NCBI GenBank assembly: GCA_964016885.1
Contig: OZ024752.1
Span: 310,001 to 374,000, forward strand
Source: Eledone cirrhosa
Taxonomy: Eukaryota
DNA: 64,000 nucleotides
Direction of reading: 5' to 3'
Position 1 is the stretch's first letter. The number at the start of each line of letters is the position of its first letter. The notes under the pieces are model-generated. The model was not told the origin of the DNA and did no database searches. It saw only the letters and a list, made by a program, of their open reading frames with translations. The translations under genes were made by a program, and so were the position numbers. This document shows, one piece after another, positions 51,481 through 64,000 of this stretch.

Positions 51481-54101
51481 AAGGGATGAGGACTGATATG
51501 GTATAGATGTGTGCTGTATATTCAAGATGACATAATATAAGGAGGAGTGGAGAAATCTCAAGGTTAGGACTTGTGGAGTTGTCATGTCCCACTCCTTCTT
51601 CCCCTACCCTTCTCTCACTCACATCACACTTTCGAACACCACCACACCTGCCTGAAATTAATATCATGCTTTATTCAGCAAGAATTTCATTAGTCAGATG
51701 AAATACATTGCAGTATTTCATTATGACCCTCTACATTCTGATTTCAAATTCTGTTGTGGTCAACTTTCGATTTTATCCTTTCATGGTCGATAAAATAAAG
51801 TACCAGTAAAGTACTGAGGGTCAGCATAATTGATTTTCTCCCCAACCCCGAAATTGTTGGCCTTGTGCCTAAATTAGAAATAATAATTTTATAAATGCAC
51901 TCACTTCCCCATATGTGATCATCATGAAAATATCTTAATTATATTTCTAATTTATATTTTTGTTTCATTTTGAAAATAACATGTGACTGTTATTCAAAGA
52001 ACCCCCTTCGGTCACGAATGACAATGGGATTTGCATCTAGAACATTGCTTTCTGAGGCACAAGTCTGAGCAAGGGTGTTTGTGGAAGACCAGCAGTTGCT
52101 CATTCATACCAGTCTTTCTTCTCTGCACCACCAATGTTATCCAAGGGAAAGGCAGTGGCCGATACAGCTTGGCACCAGTGACATTGCAACTCATTTCTTG
52201 CGTTTGAATGAACTGGAGCAAGGTGAAATAAAGTGTGTTGCTCAAGGACACAATGCATCACGTGGTCGGATTTTAACCCACAAGCTCACAATTATAAGCC
52301 CAATGCTCTAATGACCTTGTGATTAAATTCTTGCATTTTGAGGTACCATATTTTTGATTTGAAAAAACACATGACTGTTATTTAAAGAACACATATAGGG
52401 GGGATTAAACCCTTGCATTTTGAGGTACTGATTTTTGGTTTGAAAATAACACATGGCTGTTATTCAAAGAACATTTCATCATTTTCATTTCATTGTTACG
52501 TCCGCTTTTCCCTGCTTCCAAGGATGGGACGGGAACTGATACTGGCTTGATTTCTACAGCTGGATGCCCTTCCTAACACCAACCTCATTTACAGTGAGTG
52601 CTGGGTGCTTTTTTGCCGTGGCACCTCCACGAGCACTTTGCAGTGGAATGATAGGGACCTCAGTCCTTATCATCTCATTTCTACAGTTGAGTAAACTGGA
52701 ACAATATGAAATAAAGTGTCTTGCTCAAGGAAACAACACATTACTCGGTCCGAGAATTGAACTCACAACCTTTCGATTGCAAGGCCAATGCTCTAACCAC
52801 TAAGCCATATGCCTCCATATGTAATTAAACCCTTGTATTTTAAGGTACCATATTTTTGGCTTAAATGGTCCTAGTAATTTTCTTCCTTTCCGTATGATGG
52901 TAATCTCAACTGAAAATACATTTTAAATACAAACTATAATAAAAACTAAACAAAACAAAACATAACACTCCAGTATTATTGTAGCTTTGTTGTTGTAGTT
53001 GTAGCTGTTGTTGCTGTTTATGTTGTTGTTGTTACTGTTCTATTAGCATCATAATATAATTTATACACTGATAAGCTTTGGTGCACACATTTGCACACCC
53101 TGTTGCACACTTGCATTGTGATGGGCATCTTTTGTTGATTGCCAATAAGAAACTTTATCAGATTCTTGATGCTGTTGTTGTTGTTGTTATTATCATCATC
53201 ATCATCATTATTAATATTATATATCATTGTTGTTATGGCCCTTTGCATATTGTTATGGCCCTTTACAGCCTGAGTTCAAATCCAGCTGAGGCTAGCTTTG
53301 CCGTTTATCCTTCGAGGTCGATAATATAAAGCACCAGTAATTCACTGGGGTCAATTTAGTCGACTTTCCCCATCCCCGAAATTGCTTACCTTATGCCTAT
53401 AGTAGAAATCATTATTATTGGCAGTATCGGTAGAACACCGGACATCATGCTTTGCAGCACAGGGTTACGGCCCTTTACAGTCTAAGTTCAAATCTTGCCA
53501 AGGTTAGCTTTGCCTTGCATCTTTATGGGGTGGATAAAATAAAGCACCAGTAATGCACTGGGGTCAATTAAATCGACTTCCTCCCTCCCCTTCAAATTGT
53601 TGGCCTTGTGCCTAAAGTAGAAACAATTATTATTACTATTATTGCTTAAAATGATGTTGTTTATGGTGATGATGACTCCAATAATGATTGTCTTTGTGCA
53701 TGTAGCTGTATATTTATTTATGTATATATTTTCATTTTTTAAAATTACTATTTCAATCTCAAATGCTAATTTGTAAAACATAAATATGAATAACTGTTCA
53801 TACTTAATGCTTTTTGGGGGGAAAGCACGGACACCCGCAGCACTGTGATAATAATAATGAACATCATCATCATTGTCAAGGTTATATCATGGTCTTCATC
53901 ATCATTATCACTATCACCATTGTTATCAGTAATTTGTCTATCATCCTCATCACAATCAACATCAGTAGTATCAAACTAAAGGATCCTCTGTGTGATCATT
54001 TGATCTGCTAGAAGAAGTAACTGAATCTCCTTCAGATTGTACCCTACTGTGTAAAAAAAAGAAGGTTACATTGGATAATATAGTCATAGATACACCCTTA
54101 A

Positions 54102-54309
54102 CCCTTTAGCATTTAAACCAGCTCTATTTGGCCAGAATTCTCTCACCTCTTTCTGTTTAAACCAGCCATAACTGGCCACTCCTACTGATGTTAAGGTGTT
54201 CTTCTCAAAATGAATAACATCAAAATCTCATAGATTCGATATTATGTGAGATAAAGCCTTTACCATGAAAATACAATAGTATATATAGAGTAATGTAAAT
54301 GCTAAAGGG
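54102..54309. mobile_element. piggyBac-like MITE, second copy
   Basis: ttaa|ccctttagcattta ... taaatgctaaaggg|ttag. Confidence 0.72.
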
Positions 54310-54530
54310 TTAGAATGCCAAGTATAATCATTGTTGTAATGTTTTTAGCCCTTTAATTAACATTCTCTCTCTCTTCTTGAGTAATCCCTCTTTTGAAGGT
54401 GAAACATTCATTTTTGCCTTTTCTAATGCCTAGAATATATGTGGATCATCACACCTGCTAATAAAAATAGTCATTATTGATATGTTGAAATTACTCGAAA
54501 ACAATAATTATTTTAATATGCAGTTGACTC

Positions 54531-54624
<94 letters not shown>

Positions 54625-55856
54625 ATGTATACATGCATGCAAACATTTATGCATGTATATATGCATGTACATACATAGATATGCATCCATGTATGTATGT
54701 GTGCATAAATTTAAATATGTATGCATATATGCATGTATATATGTATGCATATTTGTATGTATGTATGACTCAGCAGAGTCAACAGCTATCCAAATAGTAC
54801 TTTTTTTTTTTTTCACCTGGGAATAAAAGGCCCCCAGTTGTCCCAATACCTTTCTAAAAGAGGAAAACTCTGAAAAAAACCTGCGGCTTCAGAATCATCC
54901 AATGATGTTGACCAGTTCTCCTTTTCAGCTAGTGTTTTCAATGCCCAGAGAGTGGGATTGGTCGAGTGCAAGGCCTTTCCTCACTTAAAAAACCTTCAAA
55001 GCACAGGCATTGCTTGTTCAGGATCTGTTACAGGTTTGTGAGGCTGGCCATAGCCTAAAAGTGCACTAATTTCTGTAATCTGACAAGTGATTGCAATACT
55101 CTTAGTAGAGTTTGCAGCCATCATGTATGTATATGCCTGTATGTATGCATGTATGTTTGTGTGTGTGTGTGTTTATTATCCACAAACATTCCTTTGGTAC
55201 AATTAGATGAAACAGAATATAAGATATTCTGACTATAAAACAACAAGTTATATACCATAAAATGAGACATATTACCACCATAATCAGGTCAAATTATATA
55301 TAAAGATAAATAGGTTATTGTTTAGAGTTATGCCAGGCCAGTGTAACATTGAATTGAAGATATCAGTTACATGAGTGAGATAGTGAAGAGGGAGAAAAAT
55401 AGGAATAAGGAAACAAAGAGTAAGAATAAAGGATAGACACAGACAGGCAGACATACACATATATACAAATACACACACACATCTGTATGTATACACACGT
55501 ATACACACCTGCATCTGCTTACACACACACATGCATAGTAAATAGTTGTTCGTGAACTTAGGCAGTACAGTTTTAGATCATTTATGCACTATATTTTATG
55601 ACTAAGAATACACAGCAATTCAAAAGACAGAAAGTACTATGACTTTATATCTATAACTTTATAAACTGAAAGAAGGAACAGCAAATATGCCACATGAAGG
55701 ATATGGCATCAAATATAGGCTGAAGAACTAGGGCTACCTCTGTAACAGACAATCAGAGAAACAATTGTACATAAATAATGCTATAGTTAGTGTAATAAAT
55801 AGCTATATACCACAAACTCTTTCTACAGAGTGCTTTCCCAATTTTGTATCAAATTA

Positions 55857-55892
<36 letters not shown>

Positions 55893-56421
55893 TGTCATCA
55901 TGTCATTTTTACGTCTGCTTTTCCCTGCTTGCAAGGGTGGGATGGGAACTGATTCTGGCTTGATTTCTACAGCTGGATGCCCTTCCTAACACCAACCTCA
56001 TTTATAGCGAGTGCTGGGTGCTTTTTTGCCATGGCACCTCCACGACCACTTTGCAGTGGAATGATAGGAACCCCAGTCCCTATCATCTCATTTCTACAGC
56101 TGAATAAACTGGAGCAATGTGAAATAAAGTGTCTTGTTCAAGGAAACAACACATCACCCGGTCTGAGAATTGAACTCACAACCTTTCGATTGCAAGGTCA
56201 ATGCTCTAACCACTAAGCCATGTGCCTCCATCATATATATATATATATATACATACACACATATATATATATATTCATACATATATATGAGTGTGGATAC
56301 ATATATTTAAAGTAAACAGAAAACAACACAACGCTACAGTACAATGAAGATATATATTAGTTTAACACTTGATATAGTCTTAACATTTCTAGTCCTTCAT
56401 CATATATATATGTGTGTGTGT

Positions 56422-56482
<61 letters not shown>

Positions 56483-57043
56483 TAGGCTGGTTGGTTGGTT
56501 GATAGACAAATATTTTGATTCACTGATAGTTAGTTAAATAGTTTGATTAAATAACAGAGATATAAATATCTTGATTAAAAGACAGAGTAAGCAGTGGAAA
56601 TAATAAGAAAAAGGAAAGAAAACAAAAAGAAAAGAAAGAACAAACGATTTAAGATGAAGTCAGAACAAATAACTGGTCAAAAAATATAGGGTGTGTCGAA
56701 AATAAGAGAAAAAGACTGTAATAAATGAATGAATATGTAATAAAATGTACGTGAACAAAGAAGAGGAAATGAAAAATGAAGATATATGTAAATAGAAGTT
56801 TGTGGTTAGAGATAGAAAGAAAGAGAATAGAAAACAAATAGATAAATGGACGAATAGTAATTTATAGTATTTAAAGAAAATTAAAATAATAAACAAAAAA
56901 AATAATAAAGCGAGAAAGAACTATTAGATAAAAAAGGGAGAGGAGGGAAAAAAAAAAGAGCAATCTCTACACTCTTGGCTGGGTGATATATCTCAGCTGC
57001 GTCTCGTGGACAAAATGGTGACAGGATTGGCCACAGAGAACAA

Positions 57044-57281
57044 CAGGGCCAGATTTATTGGGGGGGGGGGGGGTCAAATGCCCCGGGTCCCCAACAACAG
57101 ACGTACTAATTTATTTGTCCCCACTGTTGGGCTCTTTAGTTTTAAATTCCAATTACTCATGCCAAGCTGACTTTGATATGTAAAACTGGGAGTTTGCTGT
57201 GTATTCTAATTTTTTGTGTATGAGGGGGGGCCTCCCAAAACTGAAGTGCCCCAGGACCCCCAAGGTCTAAATCCATCCCTG
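57044..57281. mobile_element. hAT-type MITE
   Basis: TIRs cagggccagattta and taaatccatccctg; 8-bp target duplication gagaacaa/gagaacag. Confidence 0.8.
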
Positions 57282-58759
57282 GAGAACAGCCAGTGACACT
57301 CACTACATCAGCAATTCCACCTCACAGGGGCTCCTTCCTCAATCGAGATGGACACCTCTTGATTTTGCGGAGGAAACTAGCAGTCCATGGACTAAGAATG
57401 ACCCAAGAGGTCTCGATGGAAGCCGGCACAAAAGAGAAGCCTTATGGTGGTCGGTCACTCAAATCTCAGCATTTGTTTAAATAGTTTGATTAAAATAACA
57501 GAGCAATAAATAGTTTGATTAAAAGATAGAGAGATAAACAAGGTAGGCTTGGAAATAATGAGAGGGAAAAGGAAAGACAACAAAAATAAGAAGAGAACAA
57601 GCAAACAATTTAAGAGGAAAGCAAAACAAATAACTGAAAAGAGATAGGGTGTGTCGACAAAGACCGTAATAAATAAATGAATAGATAAAAAAAGCACATG
57701 AATGATGGGGCGGAGGAGGAAGAGGAAATGAAAAGCAAAGTTATATATAAATATAAGGTTGTGATTAGAGACAGAGAGAAAAGAAAACAAATAGATGAAT
57801 AGAAGTGAATAAGGAGAAAAGAAAGACAGATAGGGAGGGAGACTAAGAGAAAATGAGTGGTTCTCATAGAAATGGTCGCCAAGTTTAGAAAGGGAACAAG
57901 ATATCGAGAGGTTGTTTATCTCGAAGAATAGTTGGCTTGTTTGGCGTTTAAATGACTGGCATTTATTCTACTGTGTTAAAATACTCGTTCTCTTTCATTA
58001 TAATCATCAGTTTGGCATGGACATTTTATGTTCTGAAGGACTTAATATATTATCGACTGCCAACTTCTCTGTTGTCTAAATAGGGGGAGGTTTACGGTTC
58101 ATTGAATCTCCCCTCTCCGTGACTAATCTGATTCATAGGCTGCTTTTTCTTCTTTCTCTACGTTCTTTATTTATTGCTCTTTCTCTTCCTCTTTTATAAA
58201 TATATCATCTTTTATAGCATTTCTCAATTGTGTTGCCCTTATTTGCCTATTACACAATCTCTCTTTCTCTCTCTGTCTATCTCTATCCCCCCTTATCTCT
58301 CTTTGATTCTTCTTTACCAATTCTCTCTCCTTCCTCTCGTTTATCTCCTTTCTTTCAGTCTCACTTTTTCTCTCTGCAATTTTCTTTCTCTCAACTCCAC
58401 TGCTCTCTCACTCAATCTTTCTCTCTCTCAACTCCACTGCTCTCTCACTCAATCTTTCTCTCTCTCAACTCCACTGCTCTCTCACCTGCTTTCACACACA
58501 AATACACACATACACTCTCTCTTTCTCCTTATAACTTTTTAGTTTCTCTCTCACACACTCCTCCTTCTCACTCTCACTCTCTCATATATATATATCTGTC
58601 GATCTCATTTTCAATTTCTTTCACTCTCCCAACTTTTGATCCTCCCCTACTCTCTCCCTCTCCCCCATCTCTTCCTTTTCATTTCATCTTGTTATACCAA
58701 TTATATCAGTTCATTACTTTCTGTAGATTTATATATCCACCCTTTACAAGCAATCACTT

Positions 58760-59050
58760 ATCCATCTACCCATCCATCAGTCCATACATACATACATGGA
58801 TATATACACACACATTACATACACTCCATTCATCTATCAATGCATCCATCCATCTATGTAGCCTTCAATCTATCTATATATATATCAATGAACCCATCCA
58901 TCTATCTTATTTATCCATCCATCCATCTCTCCACCCATCCATCTATCACTCCATCAATCCATCACTCCATTCATCCATCCATCACTCCTTCCATCCATCT
59001 ATCTTATCTGTTTATCCATCCATCTATTTGTCCATTTGTTCATCCATCCA
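58760..59050. repeat. Degenerate (CCAT)n array
   Basis: Direct inspection. Confidence 0.85.
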
Positions 59051-60192
59051 TTAATTTAGAATGAAAGGCCCATTACAACAAATTCTAGACTACAATCTGA
59101 AATGTAATGGTGGGTTTAGTGTATGAAGTTTATTGGAATGTTGTATATGTGGTTAAGGAGCTCATTTCACAACTCTGTAGTTCTGGGTTCAGTTTCGCTG
59201 ACTGACATCTTGGGCCAGTGTTTTCTACTACAACCTTGACAAATACCTTGTTAGTGAATATGATAATTCAATGGCTAAAACATTCATAAAATGTTAAAAA
59301 CAGCCATTACAAAGGCTTCTCAAATGCAGAAAATATCATGGTACTTATCTCAAAGATTTATGCAGTTCTAAAATCTCCTTAAAATAAACACTACTCCACC
59401 GTAATTTCTGCATCCATCTTGACTCACACAAAAATACTTAAATTTTCAAATAAGCATTTATAGTATTTTGTCTGATATCGCTATGATCTGAGATTAATTA
59501 CTGCTGATATTAACTTTGGTTTTGTGCCATCGGGTATCCATAAACTAAGTACCAGGCATATATTAGGATAGACTCAATCAATTTTATCCATTCAGTACAA
59601 ATTTTAGTCTAGTGCCAAAAGTTAGAAATCATTATTATTCCTTATATATAGTTGGGGAGAGACAATATCACTAGAATGTTGAACAAAATACTTTGTGGTA
59701 TTTAGTTGCGACTTTCTATGTTCTAAGTATTTATTTAACTTTATGTTCTACTTTCTCATCCTATTTATTTTTAGCAGAATTGTTTTGAGTATCAGACAAA
59801 ATGTCTTTCAATATTTTTTCTAGTTCTTTATGTTCTTTGAGTTCAAATCTTGCTGAGGTCAACTTTGCCTTTTATCCTTCCGGGGCCAATAAAATAAAGT
59901 ACCTGTTAAGTATTGGGGTTGATATAATTGACTTTCCACTTCTCCCAAATTGTTGGCCTTGTGCCAATGTTAGAAACAAATATAACTTATTATACATATT
60001 CTGCAGACATATTTTTGTTTTCTGAAAAAAGAAAAGGTCTATGTCTGAAATGTTGCTTCTTATTTCTACACATTGTACACCAGCTTACACTATTTTGGTT
60101 TGTTTATATTTCTCACATGAATTTGTTTAAAACTTTGAAATTTTTGGTGAAATTTTGCTCCTTTATTTATAATTTTTTTCTAATTATTCCAG

Positions 60193-61603
60193 GAGCAGTA
60201 TCATGAAATTACGACTAGCCAATCGCAAAAGGAGGCGGACACAAGAATACACCAGCACTAACGACCTCACCCAAAGCTATGATCCTCCTTCCTATGAAGA
60301 TGTCGTCAGAAGGAACACAGATCCCCCGTCATATAACATTACAACACCAGACACCGAAGATGAGGTGGGCATCAGCAGCAATGATAAGCTAGTTAATAAC
60401 AGACGCCTGGAGAATAACAATAGTAACATCAACAAAAGCAACGTTAACAACATATACAATAACACACATAGCAAGAAACAAAACCTCACAAATAACATGA
60501 CATGCACTAAACCAAGAAACGATTATGAAAATCTTGTTCGATCAGGTGATGCTCACTGTGGCGAGGAAGAGCAACCACTCAGATCAAGTGACGATCATGT
60601 TCACAGATGTTCTGTCACAATAGAATCACCTGTAAGTTCATCAAGGGCGAGGTATAGTCACCGCATTAGCAACAACAACAGACACAGCAACAGACACAGC
60701 AACAGCAGCAGCAGTAACAATATGAGCGACTCCAGGGAATTCCTTTTGGATGCAACTGAAGGAGGCAGAGGAGAAGGAGGAGGAGATGGTTTAGCATCCT
60801 GTTTGAGCAATGGTGGTGATTTAAGCGGAGACGAAAAGTTACAGGGTGTTGTCGGATATTCTCCCATGGCTGCTGCTGGTTCGAGTTTGTACCCAGGGGC
60901 TGTACTCCCTGTTGCCACAGGGTCCAATCTCAGCCCTTCTGCTGCCTCCACTACTGCTGCCGCTGCCGCTGCTGCTGCTGCACCACCTAGTGTCGCTGTT
61001 GTTTCCAATGGCACACATAAAGATAACTTTAATCCACGCAGATCTTACCCTCCTACCATTCGAGATGACTCAGAGAGATGTGATGATGATGATGATGATA
61101 GCTTTTCTCAATGCGGTAACTTGCTTTCAAATATGGAGAATTTCCGACTTGCTGACGTTGAACCTTCACCTAAACATGGCTGCAGTAAAAAGACATTAAA
61201 TAACAAACATAACAGTAATAATATGTTCAGTGACTTAAACTCTGTCAACTTTAATACTGACAATAATAAAATGGGTAGTAGTAATGGTGCTAATGGTGGT
61301 GACAATGGTATTGGTGGTGGCAATGGTGTTGTTAATAGTGGTGGTGCTGGGGCTGTTGGTGGTCTTAGTGCTGCCTCTGGTTGCAGAAATGGTATAGCAA
61401 CAGAAACATCAGCTTGTATTGCGAATGGCACCAGTGAAGTGAAGCAAGCCAATAATGATAATATGAACCCTAGCAGTGAACCCTGTCAGAGAACTAGTGA
61501 AGAAGGAGGGGGTATGATGAAGATACATAGAAACAGGGCAGCTGAAGAGTGTGAACTTGTAACACCACAACCTGAATCTGAATCGGTCAGACTGCTGCAG
61601 TGA
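60193..61603 (+). CDS. Terminal exon: long cytoplasmic tail of the CUB-LDLa receptor
   Basis: Acceptor ttattccag|G completes the AA|G Lys codon and continues SSI into the 466-aa ORF at 60203. Basic juxtamembrane RKRRR, PPSYEDV and PPSYNI PY motifs, YENL, Asn/Ser/Ala/Gly-rich runs, C-terminal ESVRLLQ*. Confidence 0.85.
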
Positions 61604-62080
61604 AAGACACATCTCATTATATATTATATATATTTTCTTTAAAATGAAAAGAAAAAAAGAAAAAAAAAAGAAAAAATACCATAAAAAATGGAAAGACTGT
61701 AGTAAGAAAGAAGAAAAGAAAAAAAAAATGAATGCATGAGAGAAAGAAAGGCTAAATTGAATCAATTCACAATTTTCCAGATTTGTTTTCCCCTCTCTTT
61801 TACTCTCTGTTTTACTGCAGCATAATTTCTTGGACAATCCATAGTTGGAGGAAGAATGAAAGAGAAGGGATCTATTTTTAAAAAGAAATGTGGATGTGTG
61901 TATACATGCAGAATGGCTGCGTGTAAAAGGATCACTCCACAATCATTAGGTCTTCAGTTCAGTTCCACTGCATGACATCTTGGACAACTTGTGAGTGAAA
62001 TTGGGTGGATGGAAGCTGTTTGGAAGCCCGTTGGATGGACTAAACCTGTAATTCAGTAATTCAAAGAGCTAGCCTTGTCA

Positions 62081-62219
62081 CAAGGCTTCTTCTTCTTCTT
62101 CTATGCGCACTTATTCCTGAGAGAGTTGAGAGGGCAGAGTTCTCAAACACTGGAAAGGGTGTTTGAGGACTCTGCCCCTACGACCCTCTCAGGTATAAGT
62201 GGGTGAAGAAGAAGCCTTG
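62081..62219. mobile_element. Hairpin MITE-like insert within a SINE downstream of the stop codon
   Basis: caaggcttcttcttc...cacttattcctgagag..gggcagagttctcaaacac-loop-gtgtttgaggactctgccc..ctctcaggtataagtg..gaagaagaagccttg. Confidence 0.75.
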
Positions 62220-63594
62220 CCACACAGTATGACAGACTGAATCTCCTTGAGAATTATGTTAAGAGTACACGTGTTGTCAGGATGCTCAGCCACTTGCACG
62301 TTAATATCATGAGCAGACTGTTCCTTTGATCAAGCAAATGGCACGCTCATCGTCGAAACCGAAGGATGTATATTCCATTCTGTATATGATGCAGTACATT
62401 ATTTTCTCTCTCTATCTTCTTCCCTATATATATATGAGTCTTGAACTAGCTGTTGAAATGGCAAGAGCTCAGCCATTGGTTCCCGACTCTTTATAATACA
62501 TACATATGTGTATATATATATATATATATGTGTGTGTGGACTGTAGATCACAAATACATGTATCTAACATGCCAAAACAGTTAACACAATCTCCTGGTTT
62601 TTTTTAGTCTTTAGCAAGGCTCACTTTGTTAGAAGCATTCAGATTAAAACACCAGTTCCTGTCCCACTTATTTTTTCCATGTAGATATTTAGGCTGAGCA
62701 CCAGCCACATGAAACCCACCATGTAGGAGGGCCTTTGGACCTTTAAAGCTGACAGGCACTACTCTCCTTTTAACATACATGAAAAGAAAAACAACAAAAA
62801 ACATAACCGTACTTACATATTACTTATTTAATAAATTATATCAAAGAATTCTAGTAATAACTGACAATCACATGATTGTAAATGAGCTACTATTTCATAT
62901 ATAGGTAGATAAATGAGGTTTATTTTAACCTTTTTGATATCAAACCTCATCAAACTGCTCCTGGTTCTACAATACAAAACTGTATAATGTTAAGTATATA
63001 CATTTATCTAAAACCTTCCATGATAATTTTATATAAGAACCCTTGTTAAGTTATTTTCCAAACATCAGTTTAATGAGAAAGTTATGTTTAGTTATGTTAC
63101 TAAATTCTTCATTATTTAAAAAAAAATAATTGCAAATTATAAACGGTGACTTTCATTAGAAATACAGTAATGAGATGGCTAAAATACTCCCTTTTCTTCA
63201 AAGAGGGATGAGAACAAGAGAATGTACCCCATACATAGGTATAAAACTGCGAAGGACCCAAATTTGTATTCTTGTTCTCAGCACTCTCGGAAAAAGTGTA
63301 TTTTCACCTGAAATGTTCTGAATATTTATAAGTATATATATATATATATCTGTTATTTTAATATATATATATATATATATATAATTCAAAATTCAATAAG
63401 ACCAAGGATTAATATTATTACTATCTATGGTTGTTTCAATGCAACTAGAATATTTTATCAATTGTGGAGAAAAAACAAATATTATCAGTTAAGTAACTCC
63501 ATTATAGGTGCTTTACTCTAAGCTGTATAGAAATAGTGAACTATCACACTATAACCTCATATATATATATGTATACACAGACACACACACACAC

Positions 63595-63636
<42 letters not shown>

Positions 63637-64000
63637 ATATATGTGTTTGTGATTGTATGTATGTGGAAGTTATGATTTATTTTCAAAAACATTAGTGCCC
63701 AAAACATGCCTGAGGAGAAATCTGGCATGTGTGTGTGTTTATTGATCATATTTATTTTAGACCATATTGCTCAATTAGATGGACTTGATATCCAGCAGGA
63801 GATTTTAACTGATAACTGGGTCATAATGATTAGTGAATAGAAGATATAATGAATCAGTCACCTTTTAAGCAATATTGGATCAGATAGATGGTAAAATCTT
63901 AATTGTAACAGTCTTGAGATAGATAGAGTAGGAATCTATTAGGTCAAATTGCAGACAAAATAAACGTTAAGATTACATGACTGACAGAAAAAAGTTGATC

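Noticed and set aside
57978-58014. Minus-strand CTGATGA-ttataat-GAAA
   Set aside because: No credible stem III or UH register.
63704-63730. acatgc-CTGAGGA-GAAA-tctg-gcatgt
   Set aside because: Stem I pairs, but there is no stem II or III and the cleavage position would be G.

Overview
AT-rich, microsatellite-dense animal genomic DNA. The tRNA-derived SINE families and RTE-type LINE tails look like those of octopus (coleoid cephalopod); the taxon is inferred. One + strand gene can be spliced by hand with matching intron phases: exons ~17672-17960, 18744-18943, 21748-21912, 25184-25292 and 60193-61603. It encodes a single-pass receptor: CUB-like domain, one LDL-receptor class A repeat, a transmembrane helix and a ~470-aa low-complexity tail with two PPxY motifs and a terminal acidic dileucine signal. 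The signal-peptide exon was not found, and the last intron is ~34.9 kb. The rest is SINEs, RTE/CRE LINE relics, Helitron pieces, MITEs and simple repeats. The main unexplained signal is a set of short elements lodged in or beside (TA)n tracts. Many are long inverted repeats or fold-backs, and several carry type I hammerhead ribozyme motifs (stem I-CUGANGA-stem II-GAAA-short, usually palindromic stem III-UH-stem I'). Seven motifs with an intact core, plus broken copies, occur in six sequence-unrelated families. They resemble the minimal hammerheads of Penelope-like elements and retrozymes. One well-formed copy lies in sense orientation inside the large intron. All alignments and folds were done by eye.
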